A DNA stretch of 64,000 nt from a virus (IMGVR_UViG_3300013005_000037:8546-72545), one strand, 5' to 3'; shown: positions 18,654-28,098, numbered from the stretch's first letter. The notes: generated by a model not told the origin, from the letters alone. Made by a program: numbers and translations.

Positions 18654-19340
18654 ATGGCAAAATATACTAATATAATTAGTTTTATTAAAGACAAAGAGGG
18701 TGGATTAAGTTCCGCAACTACCGATACTGCAAGTAGAAATCCTTCTAATTGTGGCAATGGTTCAAATGGAAAACCCTATCATACTAACAAAGGCGTTACT
18801 TGGACTACATTTAAAGGATTATCAAACAAATTAGGGTATTCAGCAAGTTGTGAAAACTTTATAAAAATGCCAAACGATATTTGGGGTAAAATTTACAAGG
18901 AAGGATATTGGAATCCAATTCAAGGCGATAGAATAAAAAATCAAGCTATTGCAAACACATTTGTAGAAATGGCGTATATGAGTGGAGTTGGAAGTAATAC
19001 TTCAACAAGGGGCGCAATACCTTATCTAAAAAACTTTTTTAAATCAAAATACAACAAAAGTTTTGACAACATTACTCAAATTGTAGATTACGTTAATGAA
19101 TTAGATGATAAAGGACAAACACCAGAATTATTTGAAAAACTTATTGACTTTAGAAAAAGCTTATATACTTCATTTAATCAACCATCTAATATAAAAGGAT
19201 GGATTAATCGTTTGGATGCTTTTTATGTTTTTAACAAGCCTTACGCATTATCAACTGCTACAAAATCAAGTATTGCGGTTGGAATTTTATTAATTGTTGC
19301 TGGAGCAACATTATATTATAAATATGGTAGAACTAAATAG
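18654..19340 (+). CDS. GH108-like lysozyme with a C-terminal TM anchor
   Basis: EGG..D, HTNKGVT, YWNPI, GWINRL; TM IAVGILLIVAGATLYYKY. Confidence 0.75.
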   Translation: MAKYTNIISFIKDKEGGLSSATTDTASRNPSNCGNGSNGKPYHTNKGVTWTTFKGLSNKLGYSASCENFIKMPNDIWGKIYKEGYWNPIQGDRIKNQAIANTFVEMAYMSGVGSNTSTRGAIPYLKNFFKSKYNKSFDNITQIVDYVNELDDKGQTPELFEKLIDFRKSLYTSFNQPSNIKGWINRLDAFYVFNKPYALSTATKSSIAVGILLIVAGATLYYKYGRTK

Positions 19341-19488
19341 TGCGGAAAAACAAGAAGTAAAACAAGAGGTAAATTCTCAATTACATAAACACCTATCTAC
19401 AATTTTTGTTGTGGTAGGCATTGTGTCTTTTACTTTAGGAGCAATAGTAAATTACTATACAATTAGAAGATTAAACGGTAAAGCATAA
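19324..19488 (+). CDS. small membrane protein
   Basis: ATG at 19324; TM IFVVVGIVSFTLGAIVNYY. Confidence 0.6.
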   Translation: MVELNSAEKQEVKQEVNSQLHKHLSTIFVVVGIVSFTLGAIVNYYTIRRLNGKA

Positions 19489-19907
19489 TGGAAATAAGTG
19501 GCAAAATATTAGACAGTACAAACGAACCGTTATATTTGGCTAACATTACTATTATAACTGGAAGTCAAACCAATAAATTTGGAACAGTTGCAAATGAAAA
19601 TGGAGAATTTAAGTTAGATGGAGATATTATAAACGCAGATTCACAATTTAAAATTAGCTATCAAGGTTTTAGACCTCAATTTTTTAGAGCAAGTGAATTA
19701 CAAGGTAGAACAATAAAACTAGAGGAAGATATAGTTGGACTAGGGGAAGTAATTATACGACCAAAAGAAAAACCAAAAAATATAATTGCATTAAAGCAAG
19801 ACAACAACATAAAACAACATTTACAAAAGCATAAAATTGCTTACGCTGGATTAGGAAGTATAGTAGCAGTAGCACTAATAGCAATATCAATTAAAAAATT
19901 AAAATAA
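19488..19907 (+). CDS. CarboxypepD_reg-like domain protein with a C-terminal TM
   Basis: ISGKILDSTNEPLYLANI..GTVANENGEFKL..ISYQGF..LGEVII, as at the N-termini of Bacteroidota TonB receptors. Confidence 0.72.
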   Translation: MEISGKILDSTNEPLYLANITIITGSQTNKFGTVANENGEFKLDGDIINADSQFKISYQGFRPQFFRASELQGRTIKLEEDIVGLGEVIIRPKEKPKNIIALKQDNNIKQHLQKHKIAYAGLGSIVAVALIAISIKKLK

Positions 19908-19908
19908 A

Positions 19909-20517
19909 ATGGCAAACGAATTTGACGATTGGAGAAGTAAGTACGATACTATGACTAGTAGTGAGCAAGTGGAATATTATAATGAAATAGAAGAATTATA
20001 TCCAGAACAAGCGCATTATAACTATGAAAATGTAAAAATAGTATTAGAATTAGGTAAAAAAAATGCAGATGTTTTAGAGTTCGGAACGTGGAAAGCAGAT
20101 TTATGTGAAACCGCTTTGAAAGAATATGAAATTAATAGTTGGACTGGAATAGAAATATGCAAGTCAGCTATTGATAAAACAAGATGCAAAGACCCAAAAT
20201 TAAAATATATTTTTCCATCAAAATTTGATTGGTTCAATGATAATGATAGACCAAAATGTGATATTGTAATTGCTACTCACTTTATAGAGCATTTAAGCAA
20301 CGAGCATTTTAACGCATTAGCAAAATATTGTGAAGGAGTAGAATACATTTACTTTGAAGCACCATTAAGCGATAATGGAGAAGATTGGAGTGGTTACTTT
20401 GGTACACATAAATTATTTTATGGTTGGAATCAAGTAGTCGAAGTTATGGCTCAAAATAATTTTGAGGTAGTTCATAACTTAAATCAAGGTAAAATTTTTA
20501 AAACAATTAAAAAATAA
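19909..20517 (+). CDS. class I SAM-dependent methyltransferase-like protein
   Basis: VLEFGTW; WTGIEI; DIVIATHFIEHL. Confidence 0.65.
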   Translation: MANEFDDWRSKYDTMTSSEQVEYYNEIEELYPEQAHYNYENVKIVLELGKKNADVLEFGTWKADLCETALKEYEINSWTGIEICKSAIDKTRCKDPKLKYIFPSKFDWFNDNDRPKCDIVIATHFIEHLSNEHFNALAKYCEGVEYIYFEAPLSDNGEDWSGYFGTHKLFYGWNQVVEVMAQNNFEVVHNLNQGKIFKTIKK

Positions 20518-20521
20518 AATT

Positions 20522-20845
20522 ATGGAAGCACCAGCAGTAGCAACACCAGATGTAGCACCAGCACCAGCACAAGCAGTAGCACCACCAGCAGTAGCACCAG
20601 CACCTCAAATGGCAGATGGTGGAGCAATGGATTCAGTTGCAAAACCAAAAATGAATACAAAAGATATTATCATTAGCTTATTGCTAATTACTGTATCTAT
20701 TTACGGAATTGTTTATTACAGAAAAGCAATCAAAACTCTTGACGAACAAATAACGCCAGAAGAATTTGATAACATTGCTGGAATGGTAGATGAACACGAT
20801 GTGAACTTGAAAAAAGCTTTGGGTGGTAAATATAAAAAAATGTAG
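20522..20845 (+). CDS. membrane protein with a Pro/Ala-rich leader ending in MADGG
   Basis: APAVAP repeats; MADGG; TM IIISLLLITVSIYGIVYY. Confidence 0.72.
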   Translation: MEAPAVATPDVAPAPAQAVAPPAVAPAPQMADGGAMDSVAKPKMNTKDIIISLLLITVSIYGIVYYRKAIKTLDEQITPEEFDNIAGMVDEHDVNLKKALGGKYKKM

Positions 20846-20847
20846 TT

Positions 20848-21264
20848 ATGGGAACGTTTGGAATAACAGATTTTGATAGTAGTAATGCTCTTTGTAAAGA
20901 TGGAACAATAGATAAAAATAACCCATCAAATCCTTGTGTTAATAATGGAGGCGTTAATTTATTTGGTGGAACAAATAAAATTCATTCTCCATTTGGCGGT
21001 AAAAAACCAATAGGGTATATTGTTCCAAAACTTAATACAAATCAACCAGAAACATTTACAAAAGTGCTTTGTAATGATGGAAGTACACAAATGGTAGGAA
21101 GTAATCCACTTGGTGGTAGAGTAGATGTACCTTGTAGAAGTAATGGTGGAGTTTCAGAAAATCAATCACTACCCGAAACATTTCTACAAAAATACAAAAC
21201 CAACTTACTAATTGCTGGAATAATAGTATTAAGTTACTTCGCATACAAAAAATTTAAAAAATAA
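20848..21264 (+). CDS. C-anchored membrane protein with a duplicated Cys motif
   Basis: LCKDG..PCVNNGGV and LCNDG..PCRSNGGV; C-terminal TM. Confidence 0.7.
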   Translation: MGTFGITDFDSSNALCKDGTIDKNNPSNPCVNNGGVNLFGGTNKIHSPFGGKKPIGYIVPKLNTNQPETFTKVLCNDGSTQMVGSNPLGGRVDVPCRSNGGVSENQSLPETFLQKYKTNLLIAGIIVLSYFAYKKFKK

Positions 21265-21267
21265 ATT

Positions 21268-21849
21268 ATGGGAACTTACAAATTAAAAGAAGATATTGTA
21301 TGGGGTTTTTTACCAGATACTAATGGTAAGCCAAACATAATCTTTAAAAAAGGAGATATTATACAAGGGGATGAAAAAGAAGTATTCGTTTACAACCAAA
21401 TGATGAAAGGAGTTTCAGCAAAACCTACTGTTGAAGGAGCTAGGGTAGAAACCGCAGATGGATTGGCTTTTTCACCACTTACAAATCTTGAAAAAATATC
21501 AGAAAGTCAAACAGTAGCAGTGCAATATAAAACCCCAACACAAGCAGAGCCAGTTTCGGATTTAAAATATTATACAAGTGCTAATTTTTTAAAAAGAGCA
21601 AGTGTTTCAATTATTCCAGTTGGTTTAATTGGTGTATATTGTTACAAGAAAAAATTTAGTTTATTAAAAAGTGCATTATTAGTTTCTATACCTATTATTG
21701 CTATAACTGGAATACAATATGCAGTTATGGGTGGAGGTAAAAATTCTTATTGGGGTATTTTTACACCACCTAGCACAAAAGCAAATTATAATGCACAATT
21801 AAGAGAAATAGAATTGAGTACTGGTATGCCACAAAAAGGCTATAAATAA
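21268..21849 (+). CDS. two-TM membrane protein
   Basis: Two hydrophobic segments in the C-terminal half. Confidence 0.68.
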   Translation: MGTYKLKEDIVWGFLPDTNGKPNIIFKKGDIIQGDEKEVFVYNQMMKGVSAKPTVEGARVETADGLAFSPLTNLEKISESQTVAVQYKTPTQAEPVSDLKYYTSANFLKRASVSIIPVGLIGVYCYKKKFSLLKSALLVSIPIIAITGIQYAVMGGGKNSYWGIFTPPSTKANYNAQLREIELSTGMPQKGYK

Positions 21850-21857
21850 ATACAATT

Positions 21858-22202
21858 ATGGCAACTATAAAAGATAAATGCTACAAAACCGCAAAAGCTA
21901 CTTATGATGTTTTTCCTTCGGCAAGAGCATCACAGTCTATTGCAAAATGCAGAAAAAAATCTGGAGTAGTAAATAAGTCAAAAGAAGGTTTAAGTTTAAA
22001 AAGGTGGAACGCAGAAAAATGGATTGATACATTAACTGGAAAACCTTGCGGTGCTGGTGGTAAAAAAGAATATTGCAGACCAACAAAAAAAGTTTCATCT
22101 CAAACGCCTAAAACTGTTCAAGAAATTAGCAAGTCAAAATTAAAAGCTAAACAGAATGAAAAGTTAAAAGTAGGAATGGGTAAAAAAGTTAAGAAAATTT
22201 AA
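21858..22202 (+). CDS. small basic Cys-containing protein (DUF5872-like)
   Basis: LKRWNAEKWID..TGKPCG..YCRPTKKVSSQTPKT. Confidence 0.6.
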   Translation: MATIKDKCYKTAKATYDVFPSARASQSIAKCRKKSGVVNKSKEGLSLKRWNAEKWIDTLTGKPCGAGGKKEYCRPTKKVSSQTPKTVQEISKSKLKAKQNEKLKVGMGKKVKKI

Positions 22203-22212
22203 AAATAATATT

Positions 22213-22515
22213 ATGTCACAAATAAGTAGCACACAAGAACTTATTCGCAGAGATACGAATGGTAATCCATTAGTAAGAGAATTACAAAGTAAAGAGGAAA
22301 TTGCTAAAAGAAAGAATGAAGAAAATTCTAAAATTAAATTTCCTTTAAAATCAACAATATTATTGTCAGCAATTCCTTTATCACTTGCTTATTACTCATA
22401 TTACAATAAATATAGTTTAGCAAAAGGTATAGCAGTATTAGTAATAGGAACTCCAGTAATTATATACGGTACATTAATTTTATACGCTACTATTGGCAAT
22501 AAAAAATTTGTTTAA
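22213..22515 (+). CDS. two-TM membrane protein
   Basis: Hydrophobic C-terminal half. Confidence 0.65.
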   Translation: MSQISSTQELIRRDTNGNPLVRELQSKEEIAKRKNEENSKIKFPLKSTILLSAIPLSLAYYSYYNKYSLAKGIAVLVIGTPVIIYGTLILYATIGNKKFV

Positions 22516-22526
22516 AAATAATAATT

Positions 22527-22619
22527 ATGAAAGATAAAAGAATATTATATATTGGATATGCAATTGTAGGTTTATATTTTTATTTTAAATATAGACAAAT
22601 TGAAAAAATGAAAAGTTAA
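22527..22619 (+). CDS. 30-aa TM peptide absent from the ORF track
   Basis: MKDKRILYIGYAIVGLYFYFKYRQIEKMKS*. Confidence 0.55.
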   Translation: MKDKRILYIGYAIVGLYFYFKYRQIEKMKS

Positions 22620-22642
22620 AAAAAAATTAAAAAAATAAAATT

Positions 22643-22780
22643 ATGGCAAAAGCGGTAAATGGGTATTTCAAAGCAATGTTGGAAGCCAAAAAGAAAAAAT
22701 CATCATCGTTTGTTTATAACGGTAAAACTTATGTAGCTTCAAAAACAAAGACTGGAGTTATGGTATATAAAGCTAAATAA
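22643..22780 (+). CDS. 45-aa basic peptide absent from the ORF track
   Basis: MAKAVNGYFKAMLEAKKKKSSSFVYNGKTYVASKTKTGVMVYKAK*. Confidence 0.6.
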   Translation: MAKAVNGYFKAMLEAKKKKSSSFVYNGKTYVASKTKTGVMVYKAK

Positions 22781-22791
22781 AACCAATACAA

Positions 22792-23154
22792 ATGGATTTT
22801 TATAAATTAACAAAAGACACGGTAGTTTCAAAATACAATCCAGAAAAGAAAAATGTTTATGGAGGTGTAGGTGTAGAATTTGTTAAATATTTAAAAAAAG
22901 GAGATATTGTTTTAGTAAACAGAGTTGAACCAAACGACATTGAGAAAGATTTAATAAAAGCGGAAAACTATTTTATTAGTAGAAATAATTTTATTTCAGT
23001 TAGTCAATATACTAATCAATTAACCGACAGTATAAATACAAAAGATATTATTACATTTGCTTATGAAAAAGCAAAAGAACCAAAAAGCATAGTTATAATA
23101 GGGGTCTTAATTGCAATTATTATTGGAACAAAGGCATTAATAAAAAATAATTAA
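22792..23154 (+). CDS. C-anchored membrane protein
   Basis: TM IVIIGVLIAIIIGTKALI. Confidence 0.7.
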   Translation: MDFYKLTKDTVVSKYNPEKKNVYGGVGVEFVKYLKKGDIVLVNRVEPNDIEKDLIKAENYFISRNNFISVSQYTNQLTDSINTKDIITFAYEKAKEPKSIVIIGVLIAIIIGTKALIKNN

Positions 23155-23418
23155 ATGATACAGAAAAATAAATTACTGGTATATGGAGTAGTGGCATTAT
23201 TAGCCTATTACCTATACGATAGAAACAGAAAAATGAGATTAGTTTCAGACTTAAAAGATGGAGCTAATACTGATTTTGTAGAAGAAGTTGCGGATATAAA
23301 ACCAAACTGTCGTCAAGAATGGGTACAAAAAATAGGTAGCAAAACAAAATTTCGTAGTGCAGAAGCTTTAGCAAAATCTCAAAATGATTACATTTCATCT
23401 TGTCTAAAAAATAAATAA
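23155..23418 (+). CDS. N-anchored membrane protein
   Basis: TM LLVYGVVALLAYYLY. Confidence 0.68.
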   Translation: MIQKNKLLVYGVVALLAYYLYDRNRKMRLVSDLKDGANTDFVEEVADIKPNCRQEWVQKIGSKTKFRSAEALAKSQNDYISSCLKNK

Positions 23419-24063
23419 ATGAATTTAAACCAAGTAACTTACGGAAACCCAACACGAGAAAATAAAAAGTTTATTGAGGAAAAAGGTTTTATGGATAGCC
23501 TTTTTGTTCAGTTTGACGAGGATTCATTTCCTCTTAATGATTCAGAATTAGTTAAAGATGAACTAAATGAAATTGTTGATTATGTAAATTCAATAAGCGA
23601 TGAAGAAAACAAATCTTTTTTAACTAGGTATAAATCATACGATAGAAGTTTAATTCAGACCATTGCTACTACTTTTAAACAGAAAGGTATTGATGTTGAA
23701 AGTATATGTGAAGATATTATTGATGATACCAAAAATTTAATTTACAAATTAAAGTATTTTTACCAACGACCAAGACCTTTTCAATTAGCACAATACTACA
23801 AATTAAAATTATTTCCTTACAATAGTTTTAGTTCTAATACACCATCCTATCCTTCTGGACACACCTTACAAGCTTATGTTATTTTAAATGTAATAGCTAG
23901 TAAGCACCCTAATCAATTTCAATTTTGCAAAGAGATGATTGACGATATTGCGTACAGTAGATTGTATTTAGGATTACACTACCCAAGTGATAATGATTTT
24001 TCAATAGAAATAGCCAAGAAAATTTTACAACACCCAGATTTCACTAAAAAATATGAAATATAA
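23419..24063 (+). CDS. PAP2-superfamily phosphatase
   Basis: KYFYQRPRP (C1), PSYPSGH (C2), SRLYLGLHYPSD (C3). Confidence 0.88.
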   Translation: MNLNQVTYGNPTRENKKFIEEKGFMDSLFVQFDEDSFPLNDSELVKDELNEIVDYVNSISDEENKSFLTRYKSYDRSLIQTIATTFKQKGIDVESICEDIIDDTKNLIYKLKYFYQRPRPFQLAQYYKLKLFPYNSFSSNTPSYPSGHTLQAYVILNVIASKHPNQFQFCKEMIDDIAYSRLYLGLHYPSDNDFSIEIAKKILQHPDFTKKYEI

Positions 24064-24077
24064 CAATATGGATAATT

Positions 24078-24464
24078 ATGAAACACCACGAATACGACCT
24101 ACAAGTTGCGGTTTGTAGATATTTGAACTACCAATACCCAGATGTAAATTATATGTCTGATACTATTGCTAATTTAAAATTAACAAAGACACAAGCCATT
24201 AGGAATAAAAAAATTCAAAAAGATGGATTTAAAACGCCAGATTTAATTATTTTTGAGCCAAATAATACATTCATAGGATTATTTATTGAACTAAAGATTG
24301 ACACACCTTTTAAAAAAGATGGTACAATTAAAGCTTCAACTAACGACCATTTAAAATTACAATTAGAAACTATTGAAAAACTTAATAAAAAAGGTTATTC
24401 AGCACATTTTAGTTGGGGATTTGATATGACAAAAGAAATTATTGATAATTATTTAAACCAATAA
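24078..24464 (+). CDS. VRR-NUC-like PD-(D/E)xK nuclease
   Basis: EYDLQ..PDLII..FIELK..Q....L...GY. Confidence 0.75.
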   Translation: MKHHEYDLQVAVCRYLNYQYPDVNYMSDTIANLKLTKTQAIRNKKIQKDGFKTPDLIIFEPNNTFIGLFIELKIDTPFKKDGTIKASTNDHLKLQLETIEKLNKKGYSAHFSWGFDMTKEIIDNYLNQ

Positions 24465-24465
24465 T

Positions 24466-24906
24466 ATGAACCAAGAAACAAACAACATCTCCAGCTTACT
24501 GTTGGAAATTAACAAAACGATTCAAGTAATAGGAACAGAAAAGCTTTTGGACTTATTGAAAATTTCAAGAGAAAACAATAGTGATTTAGGCGATGAAGTA
24601 AAGTCAAAATCTCAAATGGTTATCAAAATAGTCTGCGATGAATTTAACATTGAAATTGATGACTTTTATTCCAGAACGAGAAAGAACAATAGAAGATATG
24701 CAATAGGCATTACTGCAATGATTTTGAAAGATTATCTAAAACTTGATGTAGCGGATATTTCGTATTTAATTAAAAAACCTAATAATCTTGTTTCAATATA
24801 TTGTAGTGAAGTTCACGAATTAAATCCCAATCATAAATCAGATATTTACATAATTGAAAAAATTAACAACATAAACATAAAACTTAATAACTTAAAAAAT
24901 GACTAA
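24466..24906 (+). CDS. protein with a DnaA C-terminal-like HTH
   Basis: IKIVCDEFNIEIDDFYSRTRK..RYAIGITAMIL..DISYLI. Confidence 0.5.
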   Translation: MNQETNNISSLLLEINKTIQVIGTEKLLDLLKISRENNSDLGDEVKSKSQMVIKIVCDEFNIEIDDFYSRTRKNNRRYAIGITAMILKDYLKLDVADISYLIKKPNNLVSIYCSEVHELNPNHKSDIYIIEKINNINIKLNNLKND

Positions 24907-25948
24907 TCAAGAAACAATTGTAGAAGCACAAATAATGGATGATTTTTCGCCTTTAGATGCTCCAGTAAAACAGAGGTCTTATACCCAGCACAAAGTATAT
25001 TCAGATTCAGAAGTAGTGGCAGATTTAGAAGAACCAACTTTTCAAGCACCTAACTTTAATGATTTTGACGACCCAAGTGCGGAAGAAGAAAAAGAACCAG
25101 CAAAACCTTTTAATGAAGCTTATAGCGAGTTAGATGGTAAAGAAAAGACAATGGGTGCGGAAATGATGGCAGAAATGACATTAGACATCTATGAAAAGGG
25201 TTGTGGATTTTTAGGTAAGCTACCAGAGATAAGCGAAAGCAAACTTGACCAATTAATTGCAGAAGGAGAAATAGACCCAGATATTCAGTTACCAACTGAA
25301 AGTGGAAATATAGGCGTTAAAGATTTTGCAGTTGAGTATAACAGTAGTATTAAAGATGCTTTTGAAGTAAGTGAAGATTTTAAAAATAATGTAAGACCAC
25401 CGCTTATTCGTGTTTTCAAAAAACGTGGAATAGGAATGACTGACGAGCAATTGTTAGCGTATTACTTTGTTACGGATTTAGGAACTAAAACCGCACAAGC
25501 ATTAATGTTGCGTAAGACATCAAAAAACATTTTAGATTCTTTAAAAGAAAATACAATGGCTATTAGAGAAAGTCAAAGACCTACTGCAAAAGCTCCAACA
25601 CCAACTGCTCCAGCACCACAAAAAGAAGAAAGCATTGATTATTATGAAGAAGTTTCGGAAGTAGAGGAAAGAGTAATTAGACAACCAAGAGCAAAAGCTA
25701 AAACTAATTTGGAAGAACAACTTCAATATTTTGAACCAGAAGAAGATGGTGTTTTTTCTAATTTAAACGATAGAGGTGGGTTTAAAGAAGAATTTATTGA
25801 GCCAAGTGGTATGCCACAATTCGGAGATAAAGATATGTTGTCTAAACTTGAAAAATTAAGTCAAGAACCTACAAAACCAGTTAGAGCAAGAAGAAAATCA
25901 GCAACAACAACAACTAGAAAACCAAGAACACCAAGAACCAAAAAATAA
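24899..25948 (+). CDS. hypothetical acidic protein with a basic C-terminal tail, coupled to the packaging ATPase
   Basis: 349-aa ORF whose stop overlaps the ATPase start. Confidence 0.65.
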   Translation: MTNQETIVEAQIMDDFSPLDAPVKQRSYTQHKVYSDSEVVADLEEPTFQAPNFNDFDDPSAEEEKEPAKPFNEAYSELDGKEKTMGAEMMAEMTLDIYEKGCGFLGKLPEISESKLDQLIAEGEIDPDIQLPTESGNIGVKDFAVEYNSSIKDAFEVSEDFKNNVRPPLIRVFKKRGIGMTDEQLLAYYFVTDLGTKTAQALMLRKTSKNILDSLKENTMAIRESQRPTAKAPTPTAPAPQKEESIDYYEEVSEVEERVIRQPRAKAKTNLEEQLQYFEPEEDGVFSNLNDRGGFKEEFIEPSGMPQFGDKDMLSKLEKLSQEPTKPVRARRKSATTTTRKPRTPRTKK

Positions 25949-26769
25949 TGGAAGAAAGAGAGCCAAAATTAGGTGTTGCGGTAGGAAGAAAAGGTTGTGG
26001 TAAAACATATCAAACAACAAAAATGATTCAGAGCTACATAGTGGGCAACCCAGCAAAAGGGGTTGCTCCTCGTAGAGCTTTAATTTTAGATGTTAATGAT
26101 GAATTTGAAGATTTTAAGGCATTAAAACTTTCAGATGTAATGCGATTTTCAGCACACCCCAGAATTGAAGCGAGAAGGATAAGACCTTTTCACGACAACG
26201 GACAAAGAATGACAATTAATGAAATACAAGATACTTTATTTAAAATTTTAAATGACTTTAGAGGTGGACTATTACTTATTGAGGATGTTAACAGATATAT
26301 TTCGGATTATTTACCAAACGACCTTGTTGGTGCTATATGTACAAATCGTCATACCGACACAGATATTATATTGCACTTTCAATCAGTGGGTAGGGTATCT
26401 CCGAAGATATGGCAAAATTTGAGTTGGATTAGGTTTCATAAAAATACAGATAGTGTTGACAAGCACCGAACCAAATTTGAAGATAAGTATGAAATGCTTA
26501 AACTTGTAGAAAATTATGTAAATAATGAGTATCATAACTTTAACAATCAAAGGTATTTCTGTTATGTGGATATTGAAGATGAAAAAATTAAAGGAGTAGA
26601 TAGAAAAAGATTTGAAAGTATTGTTGAACAGTATATTGGGGAAAATTATAAAAAGCTAATTTCTCCAATGTTACAAAGGAGGGATTTGGGCAAAGGCTCT
26701 AAAGTACATACGCCAGAATCAGCAGTAAAATTTCAAAAGCAAAGAATTATAAGTTATTATTTAGATTAG
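25948..26769 (+). CDS. A32/FtsK-HerA-family genome packaging ATPase
   Basis: N-terminal Walker A GRKGCGKT; Walker B LLLIED; TNRH..IILHFQ (Arg finger and Gln sensor); 273 aa with no nuclease domain. Confidence 0.78.
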   Translation: MEEREPKLGVAVGRKGCGKTYQTTKMIQSYIVGNPAKGVAPRRALILDVNDEFEDFKALKLSDVMRFSAHPRIEARRIRPFHDNGQRMTINEIQDTLFKILNDFRGGLLLIEDVNRYISDYLPNDLVGAICTNRHTDTDIILHFQSVGRVSPKIWQNLSWIRFHKNTDSVDKHRTKFEDKYEMLKLVENYVNNEYHNFNNQRYFCYVDIEDEKIKGVDRKRFESIVEQYIGENYKKLISPMLQRRDLGKGSKVHTPESAVKFQKQRIISYYLD

Positions 26770-26770
26770 T

Positions 26771-26971
26771 ATGAGCAGACAAGAATATATTGACAAATAT
26801 TTATCAAAATGGGTTAGTAGAAAACTAATAGTTTTTTTAGTAGCATCAACTGGACTTTTTATTAAATCAATTGAAAGTGGCGATTGGGTAATAATTGCAG
26901 TAACTTATATGTCAGTAGAGGGAGCAATAAACGTAGTAGAGAAAATTTATAAAGCAAAAAATCAATTATGA
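26771..26971 (+). CDS. putative holin
   Basis: 66 aa with two short hydrophobic helices (SRKLIVFLVAS..; WVIIAVTYM), directly upstream of the endolysin. Confidence 0.55.
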   Translation: MSRQEYIDKYLSKWVSRKLIVFLVASTGLFIKSIESGDWVIIAVTYMSVEGAINVVEKIYKAKNQL

Positions 26972-27435
26972 GAATATCGACACATTTAGACTTGGTTGAA
27001 GTAACCAGAAGTGAAACTGCAAAAAGAAATAACATAAGCAATCAACCAACCGCAGAGCATCTAGCAAATTTTAAAAAATTAGCTGAAAACATTTTTGAAC
27101 CTATTAGAAAACATTTTGGAGTTCCAATTCATATTTCTAGTGGATATAGAAGCGTTGCTCTTAATAAATTTATAAAAGGTAGTACTACTAGTCAACATCT
27201 TTTAGGTCAAGCATTAGATATTGATATGGATGGAAGTTCAAGCGATGTTACCAATAAAATGGTTTTTGATTTTATAAAAGATAATTTAAACTTTGACCAA
27301 TTGATTTTTGAGTTTGGCACAAAAGACAAACCAGATTGGGTACACGTTTCGTTTGAATGTAATGGAAAACAAAGAAAGCAAATTTTAAGAGCTATAAAAA
27401 AAGGAAGTAAAACTACTTATCAAACTTATGCGTAA
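26968..27435 (+). CDS. peptidase M15 endolysin
   Basis: ISSGYRS; SQHLLGQALDI (HX6D); WVHVS. Confidence 0.88.
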   Translation: MRISTHLDLVEVTRSETAKRNNISNQPTAEHLANFKKLAENIFEPIRKHFGVPIHISSGYRSVALNKFIKGSTTSQHLLGQALDIDMDGSSSDVTNKMVFDFIKDNLNFDQLIFEFGTKDKPDWVHVSFECNGKQRKQILRAIKKGSKTTYQTYA

Positions 27436-27447
27436 CAATTAAAAATT

Positions 27448-28098
27448 ATGATTACAACAATTAACAAAAATAGAATATACATATCGGTATTGCTTACGGT
27501 ATGCTTAATACTAGTTTCACAATTATTTTCAAAGTGCGAAAGCGAGAAATTACAATTGGCTAACGTAAAAGCCTTAAATAGTAAGGTTATAGTTTATAAA
27601 CTTAAAAATGGAGATTTAGTAACTAGCGTTGAAAATTTATCATACACCAATAGTCAGTTGAAAAGCTCTATTATGATGAAGGATAAAAAAGTAAAGGAAT
27701 TGACTAGTAAATTTTCTAAAGTCAAAGGGATTACTAAATATGTTACAAACACAAAATTTGATACAATTAAATTAACATACAAAGATTCTATTCCGTGTAA
27801 TTTTGAAAGAAATGGAAGTGTACTTGAAGAATGGTATCATATAGCATATAATTCAAATCAAAAAGGTGTTGATATTTATGAATTAAGTATTCCAGATAGT
27901 GTTATAGTTGTAACTGGAGAAAAGCGTAAATGGTTTTGGGGAAAACGAACAAGCGTAACCGATATTACACACGCAAATCCATTTGTAGAAACAGAGAGTA
28001 TCCAGCATATAGAGGTAAAGGAAAAAACCAAATGGTACGATACTACAATTTTTAAAGTTGGGGTTGGTTTTCTTGGTGGAGCATTATTGTTAAAATAA
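27448..28098 (+). CDS. putative spanin-like membrane protein
   Basis: N-terminal TM (possible lipobox Cys), coiled coil and C-terminal hydrophobic tail; follows the endolysin. Confidence 0.45.
   Translation: MITTINKNRIYISVLLTVCLILVSQLFSKCESEKLQLANVKALNSKVIVYKLKNGDLVTSVENLSYTNSQLKSSIMMKDKKVKELTSKFSKVKGITKYVTNTKFDTIKLTYKDSIPCNFERNGSVLEEWYHIAYNSNQKGVDIYELSIPDSVIVVTGEKRKWFWGKRTSVTDITHANPFVETESIQHIEVKEKTKWYDTTIFKVGVGFLGGALLLK

Noticed and set aside
24466-24906. dnaA
   Set aside because: Only a C-terminal-like HTH is present, with no AAA+ domain
25948-26769. ATPase as a terminase large subunit
   Set aside because: Too short, no RNase H-like nuclease domain, and motif spacing fits the A32/FtsK-HerA family
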